Part shown: piece by piece, positions 31,060 to 41,733 of the stretch
Layout of the letters: every line of letters starts with the position of its first letter
Numbering within the stretch: the first letter of the stretch is position 1
Source: an uncultured bacterium
Lineage (GTDB): Bacteria > Fidelibacterota > Marinisomatia > Marinisomatales > UBA1611
Direction of reading: 5' to 3'
Assembly (NCBI GenBank): GCA_965660855.1
Contig: CBFIBM010000004.1
Location: 44,698 to 108,697, forward strand
DNA: 64,000 bases
Program-made: the position numbers and the translations under genes
The notes under the pieces: model-generated
Told to the model about the DNA's origin: nothing
Seen by the model: only the letters and a program-made list of their open reading frames with translations
Databases searched by the model: none

Positions 31060-31896
31060 TCAAGGTGTGGTAATAAACGTAATATGTGATTTACTTAATT
31101 GTAACTCGGCTGATTTAGCATCAGCTTTATCGTTAAAAATCGCATACACAGTCGAGCCTGAACCCGACAGACTGGTATAACAAGCATTATAAGCCTGTAA
31201 CTCATCTTTTATAACCCCAATCTCTGGATATGATGGACAAATAATTGATTCAAAATCATTCTCAAAAAGCTCAAATGGAATATGTTTTTTTTCCATCTGA
31301 TATTTAAAATTAACTGCTTTTGATGGTTTCTCCAAAAGGATTTTCGATTTGCTGTAAGCCCAGCTGGTATTAATTTGAAAATCTGGAATGACCAACATAA
31401 AAAAACCGTTAATCTTTTTTTTTATTTGAGTAAGCTTAGTCCCAAGTCCTTCACCAAGCTGAACGCCTCCTCTAATAAAAAATGGTACATCTGCTCCAAT
31501 CTGAGAACTAATTTTTTCTAAATCACTATAACTAGCCTTCAACTCATACAACTCATTAATTGCCTTAATAATAGAAGCGGCATTTGAAGAGCCTCCTCCT
31601 AAGCCACTTCCAGGAGGTATCATTTTATTCAAACCTATTGAGATTCCTCCAATGTCATAATTCTCATTCATTAGATTATACGCCTTAATACACAAATTAT
31701 CCGAACTATCATCTAACCAATCAACATTTGAAGAAAAAGAACATCCAGAGCTTAATTTAGAAATAGTTAATATGTCATGAAAATCTAATTCTTGAAAAAC
31801 TGTATGAATATTATGAAATCCATCCTTTCTTTTATTAATTATTCTAAGGCCTATATTTACCTTTGATTTTGATTTTAATTTTAAAACACTTGCCAT
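31060..31896 (-). CDS. ispE: 4-(cytidine 5'-diphospho)-2-C-methyl-D-erythritol kinase
   Basis: KVNIGL, IPPGSGLGGGSSNAA, GADVPFF, SGSGS. Confidence 0.95.
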   Translation of the reverse strand: MASVLKLKSKSKVNIGLRIINKRKDGFHNIHTVFQELDFHDILTISKLSSGCSFSSNVDWLDDSSDNLCIKAYNLMNENYDIGGISIGLNKMIPPGSGLGGGSSNAASIIKAINELYELKASYSDLEKISSQIGADVPFFIRGGVQLGEGLGTKLTQIKKKINGFFMLVIPDFQINTSWAYSKSKILLEKPSKAVNFKYQMEKKHIPFELFENDFESIICPSYPEIGVIKDELQAYNACYTSLSGSGSTVYAIFNDKADAKSAELQLSKSHITFITTP

Positions 31897-32370
31897 TTAC
31901 TTTGATAAGGTTGCAATAGCCAATACTGACCAGCCTAACTTTTTACCTATAAATCCTAAGTAGTCGGTTGTTGTCGCCTTTATTGAAACTTGTGATTTGT
32001 CTAACTCTAAAATGTCTGATAGGGAATTTTTTATTTGAGGAATGTAAGGTCTTAGCATTGGTGTTTGAAGAACAATAGTTGCATCAATATTATTAATTGA
32101 GTACCCTTCTTTTCTCACTTTAGATATAACATCTATTAAAAACATCTTACTTTCAACATTTTCCCATTCATCTTTATCGCTTGGAAAAAAGACACCTAGG
32201 TCTCCCAATGAAGCAGCCCCAAGTAACGCATCGCATATAGAATGTATTAAGGCATCGCCATCGGAGTGGCCTAAAGATCCAAACTCTGCTTGAATAGGAA
32301 CAGAACCGATAATAAGGCTTTCCCCTCTAACTAATTGATGAACATCATATCCAATTCCTGTTTTAATCAT
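31897..32370 (-). CDS. ispF: 2-C-methyl-D-erythritol 2,4-cyclodiphosphate synthase
   Basis: GIGYDVH, GHSDGD, KATTT; start at ATG 32370 overlapping the ispD stop (ATGA). Confidence 0.95.
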   Translation of the reverse strand: MIKTGIGYDVHQLVRGESLIIGSVPIQAEFGSLGHSDGDALIHSICDALLGAASLGDLGVFFPSDKDEWENVESKMFLIDVISKVRKEGYSINNIDATIVLQTPMLRPYIPQIKNSLSDILELDKSQVSIKATTTDYLGFIGKKLGWSVLAIATLSK

Positions 32371-33038
32371 TTCCCTGCCTTTTTCAATCTTTCCCAATCT
32401 TCAGGAGATGTTACCTTAAAATTTGAGATATCCCCATCAACAGGTACTACAAAAAAACCCGCTTCCTCCATTAAGCTAGACTCATCTGTACCTATTATCT
32501 TTTTATTCAATGCATTTTCAAATGCACTAATTAATTTATCTTTTTTAAAAACTTGGGGTGTTTGCGCCAACCAAATATTTTTTCGATCTAAACTTTGTTT
32601 TATTTTATCATTAAAAATTAATTTTACAGTATCTACCGGTTGAATAGCGGCAATTGCACCATCATACATAAAAGATTTTTCTATAGTCTTATTAATTAAT
32701 TTTTCTGTTACAAAAGGGCGAGCTGCATCATGAATACAGACTAACTCTATATCTTCTGCTAAAACATTTAAACCATTATTAACCGAGCCTTGTCGAGTTT
32801 GACCCCCTACAACTACTTTTAAGTTTTTATTTTTTAAAAATATATATTCAAAAGATTTTTTTATTTTTTCAACTTGTCCTTCAGGAACAGCAATTATTAT
32901 TTCTTTGACTAAAGAAATCTTAAGAAATTTATCAACTGAATAACTTAATAAAGGCTTTCCTCTAAATAGTTTAAATTGTTTTTCGCCACCAAATCTATTT
33001 CCTGAGCCAGCAGCAGGTATTATAACAGCTACTTTCAT
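32367..33038 (-). CDS. ispD: 2-C-methyl-D-erythritol 4-phosphate cytidylyltransferase
   Basis: PAAGSGNRFG, IHDAARPF, QTPQ, NFKVT. Confidence 0.96.
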   Translation of the reverse strand: MKVAVIIPAAGSGNRFGGEKQFKLFRGKPLLSYSVDKFLKISLVKEIIIAVPEGQVEKIKKSFEYIFLKNKNLKVVVGGQTRQGSVNNGLNVLAEDIELVCIHDAARPFVTEKLINKTIEKSFMYDGAIAAIQPVDTVKLIFNDKIKQSLDRKNIWLAQTPQVFKKDKLISAFENALNKKIIGTDESSLMEEAGFFVVPVDGDISNFKVTSPEDWERLKKAGK

Positions 33039-33046
33039 TATAATAA

Positions 33047-34099
33047 TTAAACAATTATCATTGCGTCGCCATAACTCAAAAATCTATAATCTTTCTTCTT
33101 GGCTTCATTGTATGCTTTTTTGATTAGCTTCCTATCAGCAAAAGCACTAACCATCATTAAAAGGGTTGATTGAGGAGTGTGGAAATTAGTAATCATTTTA
33201 TCAACCATTTTGTATTCATAAGGGGGATAAATAAACTTATCTGTCCATCCTCTTTTTGGCGTAACTTGAAACCCAGAAATCGCTATTGTTTCTAAGGCTC
33301 TAACTGTGGAAGTACCAACAGCAATGATTTTTCTGTGCCTTTTCCTCGCCTGATTTATAGCCATTGATGTAGCAGGAGAAACTTCAAAATATTCTGAATC
33401 CATCTGATGACGATTAAGGTCCTCCACTTGAACTGGTCTAAATGTACCAAGCCCTATATGTAACGTAACTGTTTCTATTTTTACGCCCTTTTTTTTAGCT
33501 TTGCTAAGAAGAGAATCTGTAAAATGTAATCCGGCGGTTGGAGCCGCGACTGCACCCTTTTCAGTAGCATATACAGTTTGATATCTTTTTTTATCTCTAT
33601 TATCAGCATCTCTATTAATATATGGAGGAAGTGGTGAAATCCCAATTTTGTCAATAATATCATGAAGGCTATCTGCATTATGCTCAAACCGAACGACCCT
33701 GCCTCCTGAAACTGTATTATCAATCACATCACACATAAGGTTTTTATTAAAAACTAATTTATTCCCAATCCGGACCTTTCTTGCAGGACGAACCATTACT
33801 TCCCATAAGTCAGTTGATAGCTCTCTTAATAAAAAAACCTCTACTTTTGCATCTGTTCTGTCTTTGGTTGCAAAAAGACGAGCAGGAAAAACTTTGGTAT
33901 TATTCAGAACTAAAAGGTCATTCTTTCTCATATAATCAATTACATTATAAAATTTTCTATGTTCAATTTCACCGGTATCTTTATGTATCACCATTAGCTT
34001 AGAGTAATCTCTTCTTGCTTCAGGATTCTGAGCTATAAAGTTTTTTGGTAATCGGTAATTAAAATCACCAAGCTTATATTTTTTTTTCTTATCTATCAT
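33047..34099 (-). CDS. queA: S-adenosylmethionine:tRNA ribosyltransferase-isomerase
   Basis: [31 protein letters not shown]. Confidence 0.97.
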   Translation of the reverse strand: MIDKKKKYKLGDFNYRLPKNFIAQNPEARRDYSKLMVIHKDTGEIEHRKFYNVIDYMRKNDLLVLNNTKVFPARLFATKDRTDAKVEVFLLRELSTDLWEVMVRPARKVRIGNKLVFNKNLMCDVIDNTVSGGRVVRFEHNADSLHDIIDKIGISPLPPYINRDADNRDKKRYQTVYATEKGAVAAPTAGLHFTDSLLSKAKKKGVKIETVTLHIGLGTFRPVQVEDLNRHQMDSEYFEVSPATSMAINQARKRHRKIIAVGTSTVRALETIAISGFQVTPKRGWTDKFIYPPYEYKMVDKMITNFHTPQSTLLMMVSAFADRKLIKKAYNEAKKKDYRFLSYGDAMIIV

Positions 34100-35118
34100 T
34101 TGAATAACCCCTGTTGGTCTTTGATTGGTTCTTTATTTAATAATTTATACGCAGTTTCTTGTGCAATACGTCCTCTTGAGGTCCTGAGTAAAAAACCTTC
34201 TTTAATTAGAAATGGTTCATAAACATCTTCAATTGTACTTGGATCTTCACCTATAGCAACCGCGAGAGATTTTACACCTACAGGACCCCCAGAAAACTTT
34301 TCAATTATCACGCTTAAAATTTTTCTATCCATTTCATCCAAGCCTATCGAATCTATTCCAAGTTTTTCTAATGAAAACTTAGCAACTTCTAAATTTATTT
34401 TACCTTCTGCTTTTACTTGCGCGAAATCCCTTGCACGACGCAATATCCTATTTGCTAGTCTCGGCGTTCCTCTACTTCTTCTTGCTAATTCCATCGCTCC
34501 ATCATCATCTATATCAACCTCAAGAATTTGGGCAGATCTATTTATTATATGGAAAAGATCCTTCGGTTCGTAATAATCAACTCTGAGAACAACTCCAAAC
34601 CTATCTCTTAACGGAGAAGTTAAATTTCCTAACTGTGTTGTCGCCCCCACTAGAGTAAATGGCTCAACAGATAGTTGTACGCTTCTAGCACTTGGTCCTT
34701 TATCTATCATAATATCTATAGAAAAGTCCTCCATAGCTGAATACAAGTATTCTTCAACAACGCTATTCAAGCGATGAATTTCATCAATGAAAAAAACGTC
34801 TCGGTGCCCTAGGTTTGTTATCATACCTGCTAAGTCTCCGGCTCGCTCAACTACTGGACCAGAAGCTTGTTTAATTTCAGAATTAAGCTCTTTTGAAACT
34901 ATGTTTGCAATAGTTGTCTTTCCTAAGCCTGGCGGTCCAAAGAGAAGTACATGATCTAGTGCATCACCTCTATTATTTGAGGCTTCAATATAAAGCTTTA
35001 AATTGTCAACAAGTTCTTTTTGACCAATGAAATCATCAAACTTTGAAGGCCTAAGAGACTTCTCTATCGCAAGGTCATCTTCTTGAGGGGCAGGATCTGT
35101 TATGTGTATTTCAGTCAT
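34096..35118 (-). CDS. ruvB: Holliday junction branch migration helicase RuvB
   Basis: [32 protein letters not shown]. Confidence 0.98.
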   Translation of the reverse strand: MTEIHITDPAPQEDDLAIEKSLRPSKFDDFIGQKELVDNLKLYIEASNNRGDALDHVLLFGPPGLGKTTIANIVSKELNSEIKQASGPVVERAGDLAGMITNLGHRDVFFIDEIHRLNSVVEEYLYSAMEDFSIDIMIDKGPSARSVQLSVEPFTLVGATTQLGNLTSPLRDRFGVVLRVDYYEPKDLFHIINRSAQILEVDIDDDGAMELARRSRGTPRLANRILRRARDFAQVKAEGKINLEVAKFSLEKLGIDSIGLDEMDRKILSVIIEKFSGGPVGVKSLAVAIGEDPSTIEDVYEPFLIKEGFLLRTSRGRIAQETAYKLLNKEPIKDQQGLFK

Positions 35119-35206
35119 ATTGCAAAATATTAATTAAACATTAAATTTTTGTTATGGAAACTACAATCTGAAACAGCATACGTAAAGAATTCAGAATAAA
35201 AATATA

Positions 35207-38041
35207 TTAGTATCCTTTTTTTAAAATTGGCTTTAAAAATTCACCAGTATAAGAACCTTTTATTTTAGATAATTCTTCTGGCGTACCACAACCAATAACA
35301 TTACCGCCTCCCACCCCACCTTCAGGGCCAAGATCAATAATCCAATCTGCAGTTTTTACTACATCAAGGTTGTGTTCGATTACAATTACTGTATTCCCTT
35401 TATCTACTAATCTATTTAATACCTTTAATAACATTCTTATATCTTCAAAATGCAGACCTGTTGTGGGTTCATCTAAAATGTATAATGTCTTGGTTGTTGA
35501 AACCTTAGATAACTCAGTTGCAAGCTTCACTCTTTGGGCTTCACCACCAGATAAGGTAGTCGCTTGCTGGCCCAAATGAATATAGCTAAGACCAACATCA
35601 TCTAGTGTTTTTAATTTTTTTTTGATTGATGGAATACTATCAAAAAAAACTAATGCTTCTGAAACTGGCATATTCAATATTTCAGCAATAGATTTACCTT
35701 TATATTTAACTTCTAAAGTTTCTCTATTATATCTTTTCCCTAAGCAAACTTCACAAGAAACATAAACGTCTGGTAAAAAATTCATTTCAATTTTTATAAT
35801 TCCATCACCTTCACATGATTCGCAACGTCCTCCTTTGACATTGAACGAAAACCTTCCGGGCTTGTAGCCTCTAATTTTTGATTCTGGCAACTTTGAGAAG
35901 AGATCTCTTATAAATGTAAATAAACCTGTATAAGTTGCAGGATTTGACCTAGGTGTTCTTCCAATTGGCTTTTGATCAATATCAACAATTTTATCTAAAA
36001 ATTGAGAGCCATCAAAAGAGTTATAGTTTAAAGGGTAGGCCCTTGACCTGTTAAGTTCTTTTGCAAGAAGGGGGTATAATGTTCCATTAACCAATGAACT
36101 CTTTCCACTTCCAGATACTCCTGTTACAGAAATGAAAACGCCTAATGGAAATTGTACATTAATACTATTTAAATTATTTCCACTTGCACCGTCTAGTTTT
36201 AAAAATTTCTTATTCCCCGGTCTTCTCTTTGAAGGGATTTCTATTCTCCTTTTACCAGTTAAATATTGTGCTGTTAATGATTTTTTCGTTTTTTGTAAGT
36301 CTTCAGGTTTTCCTGAAAAAGTAATTTCACCACCATATTTACCTGCTCCTGGACCAATATCTAAAACATAATCAGCGGCTTCAATTGTCTCTTGGTCATG
36401 CTCGACAACAAGTATAGAATTTCCAATGTCTCGCAATGCTTGTAAGGTCTTTAGTAATTTATTATTATCTCTTGGATGCAGTCCAATAGAAGGTTCATCT
36501 AATATGTATAATACCCCCATTAGTTGAGAGCCTATTTGAGTGGCGAGCCGTATCCTCTGAGCTTCTCCTCCTGAAAGTGTAACGGCAGATCGGTCTAAAG
36601 TTAGATAACTGAGTCCAACATTTACCAAAAAACTAAGTCTTTGCTGAACTTCTTTTAATATCTGCTCAGCAATACTTTTCTGCATTTCAGTTAATTTAAG
36701 ACTATTGAAAAAATTACTAAGTGGTAAAATAGGCATTGCAGAGATATCTCCAATATTTTTCCCATTAACTAAGACTGATAATGTTTCTTTCCTAAAACGA
36801 GTGCCTCTGCAATGAGAGCATGAACGCATGCTCATGAATTGTTCTATCCATTGACGTATTCCTTGTGATTTTGTTTGTTTATAGCGCCTCATCAAATTAG
36901 GGATTGCTCCTTCCCATCCACCAGAATAAGTCCCCTCCCATCGAGATGAAGCATATTCCATTTTAAATTTTTCTTTACCTGTTCCATTCAAAAGAACTTG
37001 TTTAACCTTATGATCTAACTTTATCCATGGTGTAGAAAAATTAAATTTGTAATGTTTAGATAGACTTTTTAAAATACTTCCATACCAGTTTCCTCGTGGT
37101 TGCTCACCTAATGGAGCTATTGCTCCTTGAATTAGACTCTTGTTTTTATCTGGTACAATTAAATTAGGGTCAACTTCCATATGAGACCCTAAACCATCAC
37201 ATTTATGACAAGCTCCATATGGGGAGTTAAACGAAAAAATTCTAGGAACAATTTCTTCCATAGAAACGTCACAACCCGCGCATGATAAATGTTCAGAGAA
37301 TAAATATTCATTTTTAGGGAGTACATTTATAATAATGGAACCAGAGCCAATCTTTAGAGCAAGCTCAATCGATTCAGTCATTCGTTCATGGACAGAATCA
37401 TTAACTATCAACCTATCAACTACTACTTCAATATGATGTTTTTTATTTTTATTTAATTTTATATTTTCATTAACAGATAAAATTTCTCCATCAACACGTA
37501 ATCTTAAAAAGCCATCTTTTTTTATTTCTTCAATAATTGATTTATGCTGTCCTTTTTTCCCTTTAACAATAGGGGCTAGAATATGCATTTTACTTCCAGT
37601 TTTGAATTTTTTTACCCTATCTACAATTTCTTGCACTGTTTGTTTTTGAATCGGTTTTTCACATTTCCAACAATGTGGTATTCCAATATGGGCATATAAC
37701 AATCGTAAATAATCGTGAATTTCTGTTACGGTACCTACAGTTGACCTAGGATTTCTAGCTGTCGCTTTCTGCTCAATTGAAATCGCAGGTGAGAGTCCTT
37801 CTATAGAGTCTAAATCTGGCTTTTCCATTAAACCTAAGAATTGTCTAGCGTAAGACGAAAGAGATTCAACATATCGCCTTTGACCTTCTGCATAAATTGT
37901 ATCAAATGCTAATGAAGATTTTCCTGATCCAGATAAACCGGTTATTACTACAAACTGATCTCTAGGAATAGTAACATTTATATCTTTTAAGTTATGCTGC
38001 CTTGCGCCTTTAATTATAATTTTGTCTTTAGATTCTTTCAC
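35207..38041 (-). CDS. uvrA: Excinuclease ABC subunit A
   Basis: Two ABC ATPase domains (GLSGSGKSS, GVSGSGKSS, LSGGEAQR twice), Zn fingers; GTG start. Confidence 0.98.
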   Translation of the reverse strand: MKESKDKIIIKGARQHNLKDINVTIPRDQFVVITGLSGSGKSSLAFDTIYAEGQRRYVESLSSYARQFLGLMEKPDLDSIEGLSPAISIEQKATARNPRSTVGTVTEIHDYLRLLYAHIGIPHCWKCEKPIQKQTVQEIVDRVKKFKTGSKMHILAPIVKGKKGQHKSIIEEIKKDGFLRLRVDGEILSVNENIKLNKNKKHHIEVVVDRLIVNDSVHERMTESIELALKIGSGSIIINVLPKNEYLFSEHLSCAGCDVSMEEIVPRIFSFNSPYGACHKCDGLGSHMEVDPNLIVPDKNKSLIQGAIAPLGEQPRGNWYGSILKSLSKHYKFNFSTPWIKLDHKVKQVLLNGTGKEKFKMEYASSRWEGTYSGGWEGAIPNLMRRYKQTKSQGIRQWIEQFMSMRSCSHCRGTRFRKETLSVLVNGKNIGDISAMPILPLSNFFNSLKLTEMQKSIAEQILKEVQQRLSFLVNVGLSYLTLDRSAVTLSGGEAQRIRLATQIGSQLMGVLYILDEPSIGLHPRDNNKLLKTLQALRDIGNSILVVEHDQETIEAADYVLDIGPGAGKYGGEITFSGKPEDLQKTKKSLTAQYLTGKRRIEIPSKRRPGNKKFLKLDGASGNNLNSINVQFPLGVFISVTGVSGSGKSSLVNGTLYPLLAKELNRSRAYPLNYNSFDGSQFLDKIVDIDQKPIGRTPRSNPATYTGLFTFIRDLFSKLPESKIRGYKPGRFSFNVKGGRCESCEGDGIIKIEMNFLPDVYVSCEVCLGKRYNRETLEVKYKGKSIAEILNMPVSEALVFFDSIPSIKKKLKTLDDVGLSYIHLGQQATTLSGGEAQRVKLATELSKVSTTKTLYILDEPTTGLHFEDIRMLLKVLNRLVDKGNTVIVIEHNLDVVKTADWIIDLGPEGGVGGGNVIGCGTPEELSKIKGSYTGEFLKPILKKGY

Positions 38042-38124
38042 AAAGCCTTCTTTTCTAATAATTTAAAAATTGCCAGCTTTAAAATTACAATATAAAATAA
38101 CTTAAGCCCTAATATGATTTAAAT

Positions 38125-38664
38125 ATGAATTCATTAAAAAATAAAATTATAATTTCAATGCCAACAATGAAAGACTACTTCTTTGAGAAATCGATTGCTT
38201 ATATTTCTGACCATGGTATCAACGGTGCAACTGGGTTCATATTAAATAAAAAAATTGATACACCTAAGTTCAAAAAATTATTTAGAACTAAATTTTTAAA
38301 GAAGTATAAAGCTAAAATAGATAAAACATTTTTAATGGGAGGGCCATTACATTTAAATAAAGGAATTATAATTTATGAGTCAAAAAATAAAATAGTGGAC
38401 TCAAATCCACTAAGCGAGAACCTATTTTATTCAAATAATAAAAATGCCCTAAAATATTTGTGTGATAAAAAAACAATTCTTTATAAGGTTTTTTTTGGTT
38501 ATTCTGCTTGGGGAAAAGGGCAATTAGAATCTGAGTTAAGAGCTGGTGATTGAATAATTAAAGAGATGAATAATGATTTTATTTTCAAAAGCAATTCAAT
38601 TGAAATGTGGAAGAACACACTCAATTCAATCAGTGAAAACCTAGGACAAGGAGGCATTTCTTAA
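38125..38664 (+). pseudogene. yqgE: YqgE/AlgH-family gene interrupted by an in-frame TGA (38551-38553)
   Basis: MP...D.FF.KS, GFILNK, GGP, GYSAWGKGQLESE motifs; the frame continues 36 codons past the TGA (IIKEMNNDFIF...EMWKNTL) to TAA 38662-38664. Could be a nonsense allele, a sequencing error or readthrough. Confidence 0.7.
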
Positions 38665-38723
38665 AATTGATTTATTTTCTTCTTGATTTTACTATCTATC
38701 AGGCTAAAAATTGGACTATCAAT

Positions 38724-39104
38724 ATGTGTAAAATTAAACGTCATCGCATGCTTTTTACTTTCCTTTCAGGGTTCTTTATAGTTCTGAGCTCATGTCAGGA
38801 AGACCCGTCAAGGCACTTAAACCTTGGAGATTGGTACCTACAACGCGGTCTATTAGATGAAGCAATAATGGAATATCGCGAAGTCTCTCGACTTTACTCA
38901 GGAGACCAAGACAAACTTAAGAGAGAGCAATTCCAAGTACTTGGTAAAGCTCATTTAAAATTAGCGATAGCATATACAAAAAAAGGTTGGTGGGAATATG
39001 CGTTAAATGAAGCAAAAAGAAGTTTCGAAATTACCCCTAATAAAGATTGTCATGATCTTATTGTTCTCATTGAAGAAAAACTATTACAAAAGACTGATAA
39101 TTAG
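38724..39104 (+). CDS. TPR-containing lipoprotein
   Basis: Lipobox LSSC after a hydrophobic stretch; TPR-like helices HLNLGDWY...A and HLKLAIAY...A. Start uncertain (38724 or 38748). Confidence 0.75.
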   Translation: MCKIKRHRMLFTFLSGFFIVLSSCQEDPSRHLNLGDWYLQRGLLDEAIMEYREVSRLYSGDQDKLKREQFQVLGKAHLKLAIAYTKKGWWEYALNEAKRSFEITPNKDCHDLIVLIEEKLLQKTDN

Positions 39105-39116
39105 ACAATTCCTCTT

Positions 39117-39899
39117 TTAAATTGTCCCTGATCTTGATTCGCCCCCATCACAATATATTATTGAACAATTAATAAAGTCTGCGTCTTTATTTAATAACAT
39201 AGATATTGTTGCTGCGATATCGTCAGGTGTTGTTGTTCTCCCCATTGGGTTCCTTTTTTTAGTATTTTCAACCCAAGTTTCCCAATTTTCCGTAATCTTT
39301 GTTAAAGCTCTTGTTGGAGTCACTCCAGCTTGCACAGAATTTGCAGTTATTCCATATTTCCCTAGCTCCCAACCAATTTGTCTAATGATTGCTTCCATTG
39401 CAACTTTTGCAACACTTACAGGACCGTATCCTTCCATCGCCAAATAATTTCCTTCACTTGTTAATCCCATAATCCGTGAGCCTTGAGATAAGAGCTCATT
39501 AAGAAAAAGGTTTTGAGTCCAATAAAGTAATGAATTACCCATCACATGCACTGTCATATCCATCTGTCTTTGAGTAACCGGCTTCTCACCAAAAAAGTTA
39601 GTTGTTGTTCCAAAAGCAATAGAATGTAATAGCAGCTTAAGTGGTTTTCCTTCAGTAATTTCTTTTATTTTTGGAATATATTTCTGGATGGTATCTTCAG
39701 AAGCTGCATTTGTATTAAAATAATGACAGCAACCACTTGACAACTGCTCTACTTCTTCAATATTTTTTAAAGCAATTTTTTTTGCTTCTCCTCTATCAAA
39801 ATGAAAAGCAATTATTCCATATCCATCTTTTGCTAATCTTTTAGCTGTTGCAGCTCCATGTCCAGTTGAACCTCCAAGCAATAAAACCCATTGACGCAT
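39117..39899 (-). CDS. SDR-family enoyl-ACP reductase (FabL/FabI-like)
   Basis: GGSTGHG Rossmann motif and Y-x6-K (YGPVSVAK) spacing typical of enoyl reductases; divergent from fabA. Confidence 0.75.
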   Translation of the reverse strand: MRQWVLLLGGSTGHGAATAKRLAKDGYGIIAFHFDRGEAKKIALKNIEEVEQLSSGCCHYFNTNAASEDTIQKYIPKIKEITEGKPLKLLLHSIAFGTTTNFFGEKPVTQRQMDMTVHVMGNSLLYWTQNLFLNELLSQGSRIMGLTSEGNYLAMEGYGPVSVAKVAMEAIIRQIGWELGKYGITANSVQAGVTPTRALTKITENWETWVENTKKRNPMGRTTTPDDIAATISMLLNKDADFINCSIIYCDGGESRSGTI

Positions 39900-40023
39900 T
39901 TTTTTTCTCCAAAATAATTAATTCTAATTTAACTTTTTATTTTTATTTAATTGTTATGAATTGTGAGTTTAAAAATTGATTTTTTTGTTGTACTCTTTAT
40001 GATTAAAAATTAATTATAAAAAA

Positions 40024-40575
40024 ATGAATCAGAAAAATAGTTATACAAAAAAAGAGTTGATTAAGAGTGGTAACGGAACACTAATGGGAAATGATACTGG
40101 TAAATTACCACAACCTCCCATGCTTATGGTAGATCGGATCCTCACTATAAATGATATTGGTGGTAAATATAAAAAGGGTGAGATTTTAGCAGAGCTCGAT
40201 ATAAAAGAAGAAAATTGGTTTTTCCACTGCCATTTTAAAGGCGATCCAGTAATGCCTGGCTGTTTAGGTTTGGATGGAATGTGGCAATTGGTTGGCTTTT
40301 TCCTTACGTGGATGAATGGAAAAGGAAGAGGTCGTGCATTGGGCGTTGGTGATTTAAAGTTTAAAGGCCAAGTAAGACCATATCATGATAAAATTGTTTA
40401 TAAAATTGATATTAAAAAAGTTTTAGATAGAAATGGAAAATTAATGGTTTGGGCAGATGGTGAGTTAAGTACCTCTGATAACAGAGCTATATATTTTGCA
40501 AAAAACCTTCAGGTTGGTTTATTTGACAACTTAACCTATGATTTTGGCGGAGATCCGTCACAAGATACATTTTAA
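40024..40575 (+). CDS. fabA: 3-hydroxydecanoyl-ACP dehydratase/isomerase FabA
   Basis: LPQPPMLMVDRI, WFFHCHFKGDPVMPGCLGLD (His/Asp dyad), GRGRALG, VGLF. Confidence 0.93.
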   Translation: MNQKNSYTKKELIKSGNGTLMGNDTGKLPQPPMLMVDRILTINDIGGKYKKGEILAELDIKEENWFFHCHFKGDPVMPGCLGLDGMWQLVGFFLTWMNGKGRGRALGVGDLKFKGQVRPYHDKIVYKIDIKKVLDRNGKLMVWADGELSTSDNRAIYFAKNLQVGLFDNLTYDFGGDPSQDTF

Positions 40576-40596
40576 CAAGAAAATACGAAAACTATA

Positions 40597-41700
40597 ATGT
40601 CTTTAAAATGTGGAATAGTTGGTCTTCCAAACGTTGGAAAATCAACTTTGTTTAATGCACTTACTGAATCAGATGTTCCTGCAGAAAACTACCCTTTTTG
40701 TACGATTGAACCCCATACCGGGATTGTGCCTCTACCTGATAATCGATTAAACTATTTAGCAGGTATTTATAAACCAAAAAAAGTAATACCTGCAATAGTT
40801 GAGTTTACAGATATAGCAGGTTTAGTACGAGGCGCAAGCAAAGGGGAGGGTTTAGGGAATCAATTTTTAGGACAAATTCGGCAAACATCCGCAATCATTC
40901 ATGTAATTAGGTGTTTTGAAAATGAAAATATCACACATGTTGACGGAAATATTAACCCTGTTAGAGATGCTGAAACAATAGAAACAGAACTCTTGTTAGC
41001 AGATATAGAAACACTCGAAAAAAGGCATAGGAAAACAGTAAAAGCTGCAAGATCAAATGAAAAAGATGCTATTGCTGAATTAAAACTGATTGAAGAACTA
41101 ACTAAATATTGCTCTGATGGAAACCAATCACGGACCTTTAACATTTTAGATGAAAAAATGAGAAATGTATTTAATAGTTTTCATTTATTGACTAGCAAGC
41201 CGATCCTCTATATAGCAAATATAAGCGAAGACGAAATTATTGAAAAAGAAAATAATAAATACGTTAATGATCTATTTAACTTTGCTCAACAGCAGGGTAA
41301 TAATGCAATTCGGATTTGCGCTTCATTAGAACAAGAGATTGCTACATTGCCATTAAAAGAAAAACATCTTTTTTTACAAGAGTATCATTTAAAAGAACCC
41401 GGCTTAAATAAAGTAATTAAACATGGTTTTAAATTACTTGGACTTCAAACATATTTTACTTGTGGTGAAAAAGAAGTTCGAGCATGGACAATCCCTATTA
41501 ATTCAAACGCTCCTAAAGCTGCAGGCGCTATACATTCTGATTTCGAAAGAGGATTTATCAAAGCAGAAGTTTTTCACTATGATGATATTTTAAAATATGA
41601 ATCTGAAAAAAAACTATCTGAGCTTGGATTAATAAGGCAAGAAGGAAAAAATTATATAGTTCAGGATGGAGATTGCATATTCTTTAAGTTTAATGTCTAA
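40597..41700 (+). CDS. ychF: Redox-regulated ATPase YchF
   Basis: GIVGLPNVGKST, YPFCTIEP, DIAGLV, TGS domain ending FKFNV. Confidence 0.97.
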   Translation: MSLKCGIVGLPNVGKSTLFNALTESDVPAENYPFCTIEPHTGIVPLPDNRLNYLAGIYKPKKVIPAIVEFTDIAGLVRGASKGEGLGNQFLGQIRQTSAIIHVIRCFENENITHVDGNINPVRDAETIETELLLADIETLEKRHRKTVKAARSNEKDAIAELKLIEELTKYCSDGNQSRTFNILDEKMRNVFNSFHLLTSKPILYIANISEDEIIEKENNKYVNDLFNFAQQQGNNAIRICASLEQEIATLPLKEKHLFLQEYHLKEPGLNKVIKHGFKLLGLQTYFTCGEKEVRAWTIPINSNAPKAAGAIHSDFERGFIKAEVFHYDDILKYESEKKLSELGLIRQEGKNYIVQDGDCIFFKFNV

Positions 41701-41733
41701 AGACTTTTGTTAAAGATTTCTATAGTATAGTCT

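Noticed and set aside
30962..31180. 72-aa plus-strand ORF
   Set aside because: It is the antisense of tRNA-Gln and the ispE 3' end; no independent coding signal.
35119..38124. SOS/LexA boxes upstream of uvrA and ruvB
   Set aside because: I could not find a convincing shared palindrome in these AT-rich spacers.
38551..38553. Alternative genetic code (TGA=Trp) for the whole genome
   Set aside because: Trp is TGG elsewhere, and TGA ends several genes at their expected C-termini (tsaC, ispD, ispE, ruvB, ctpA).
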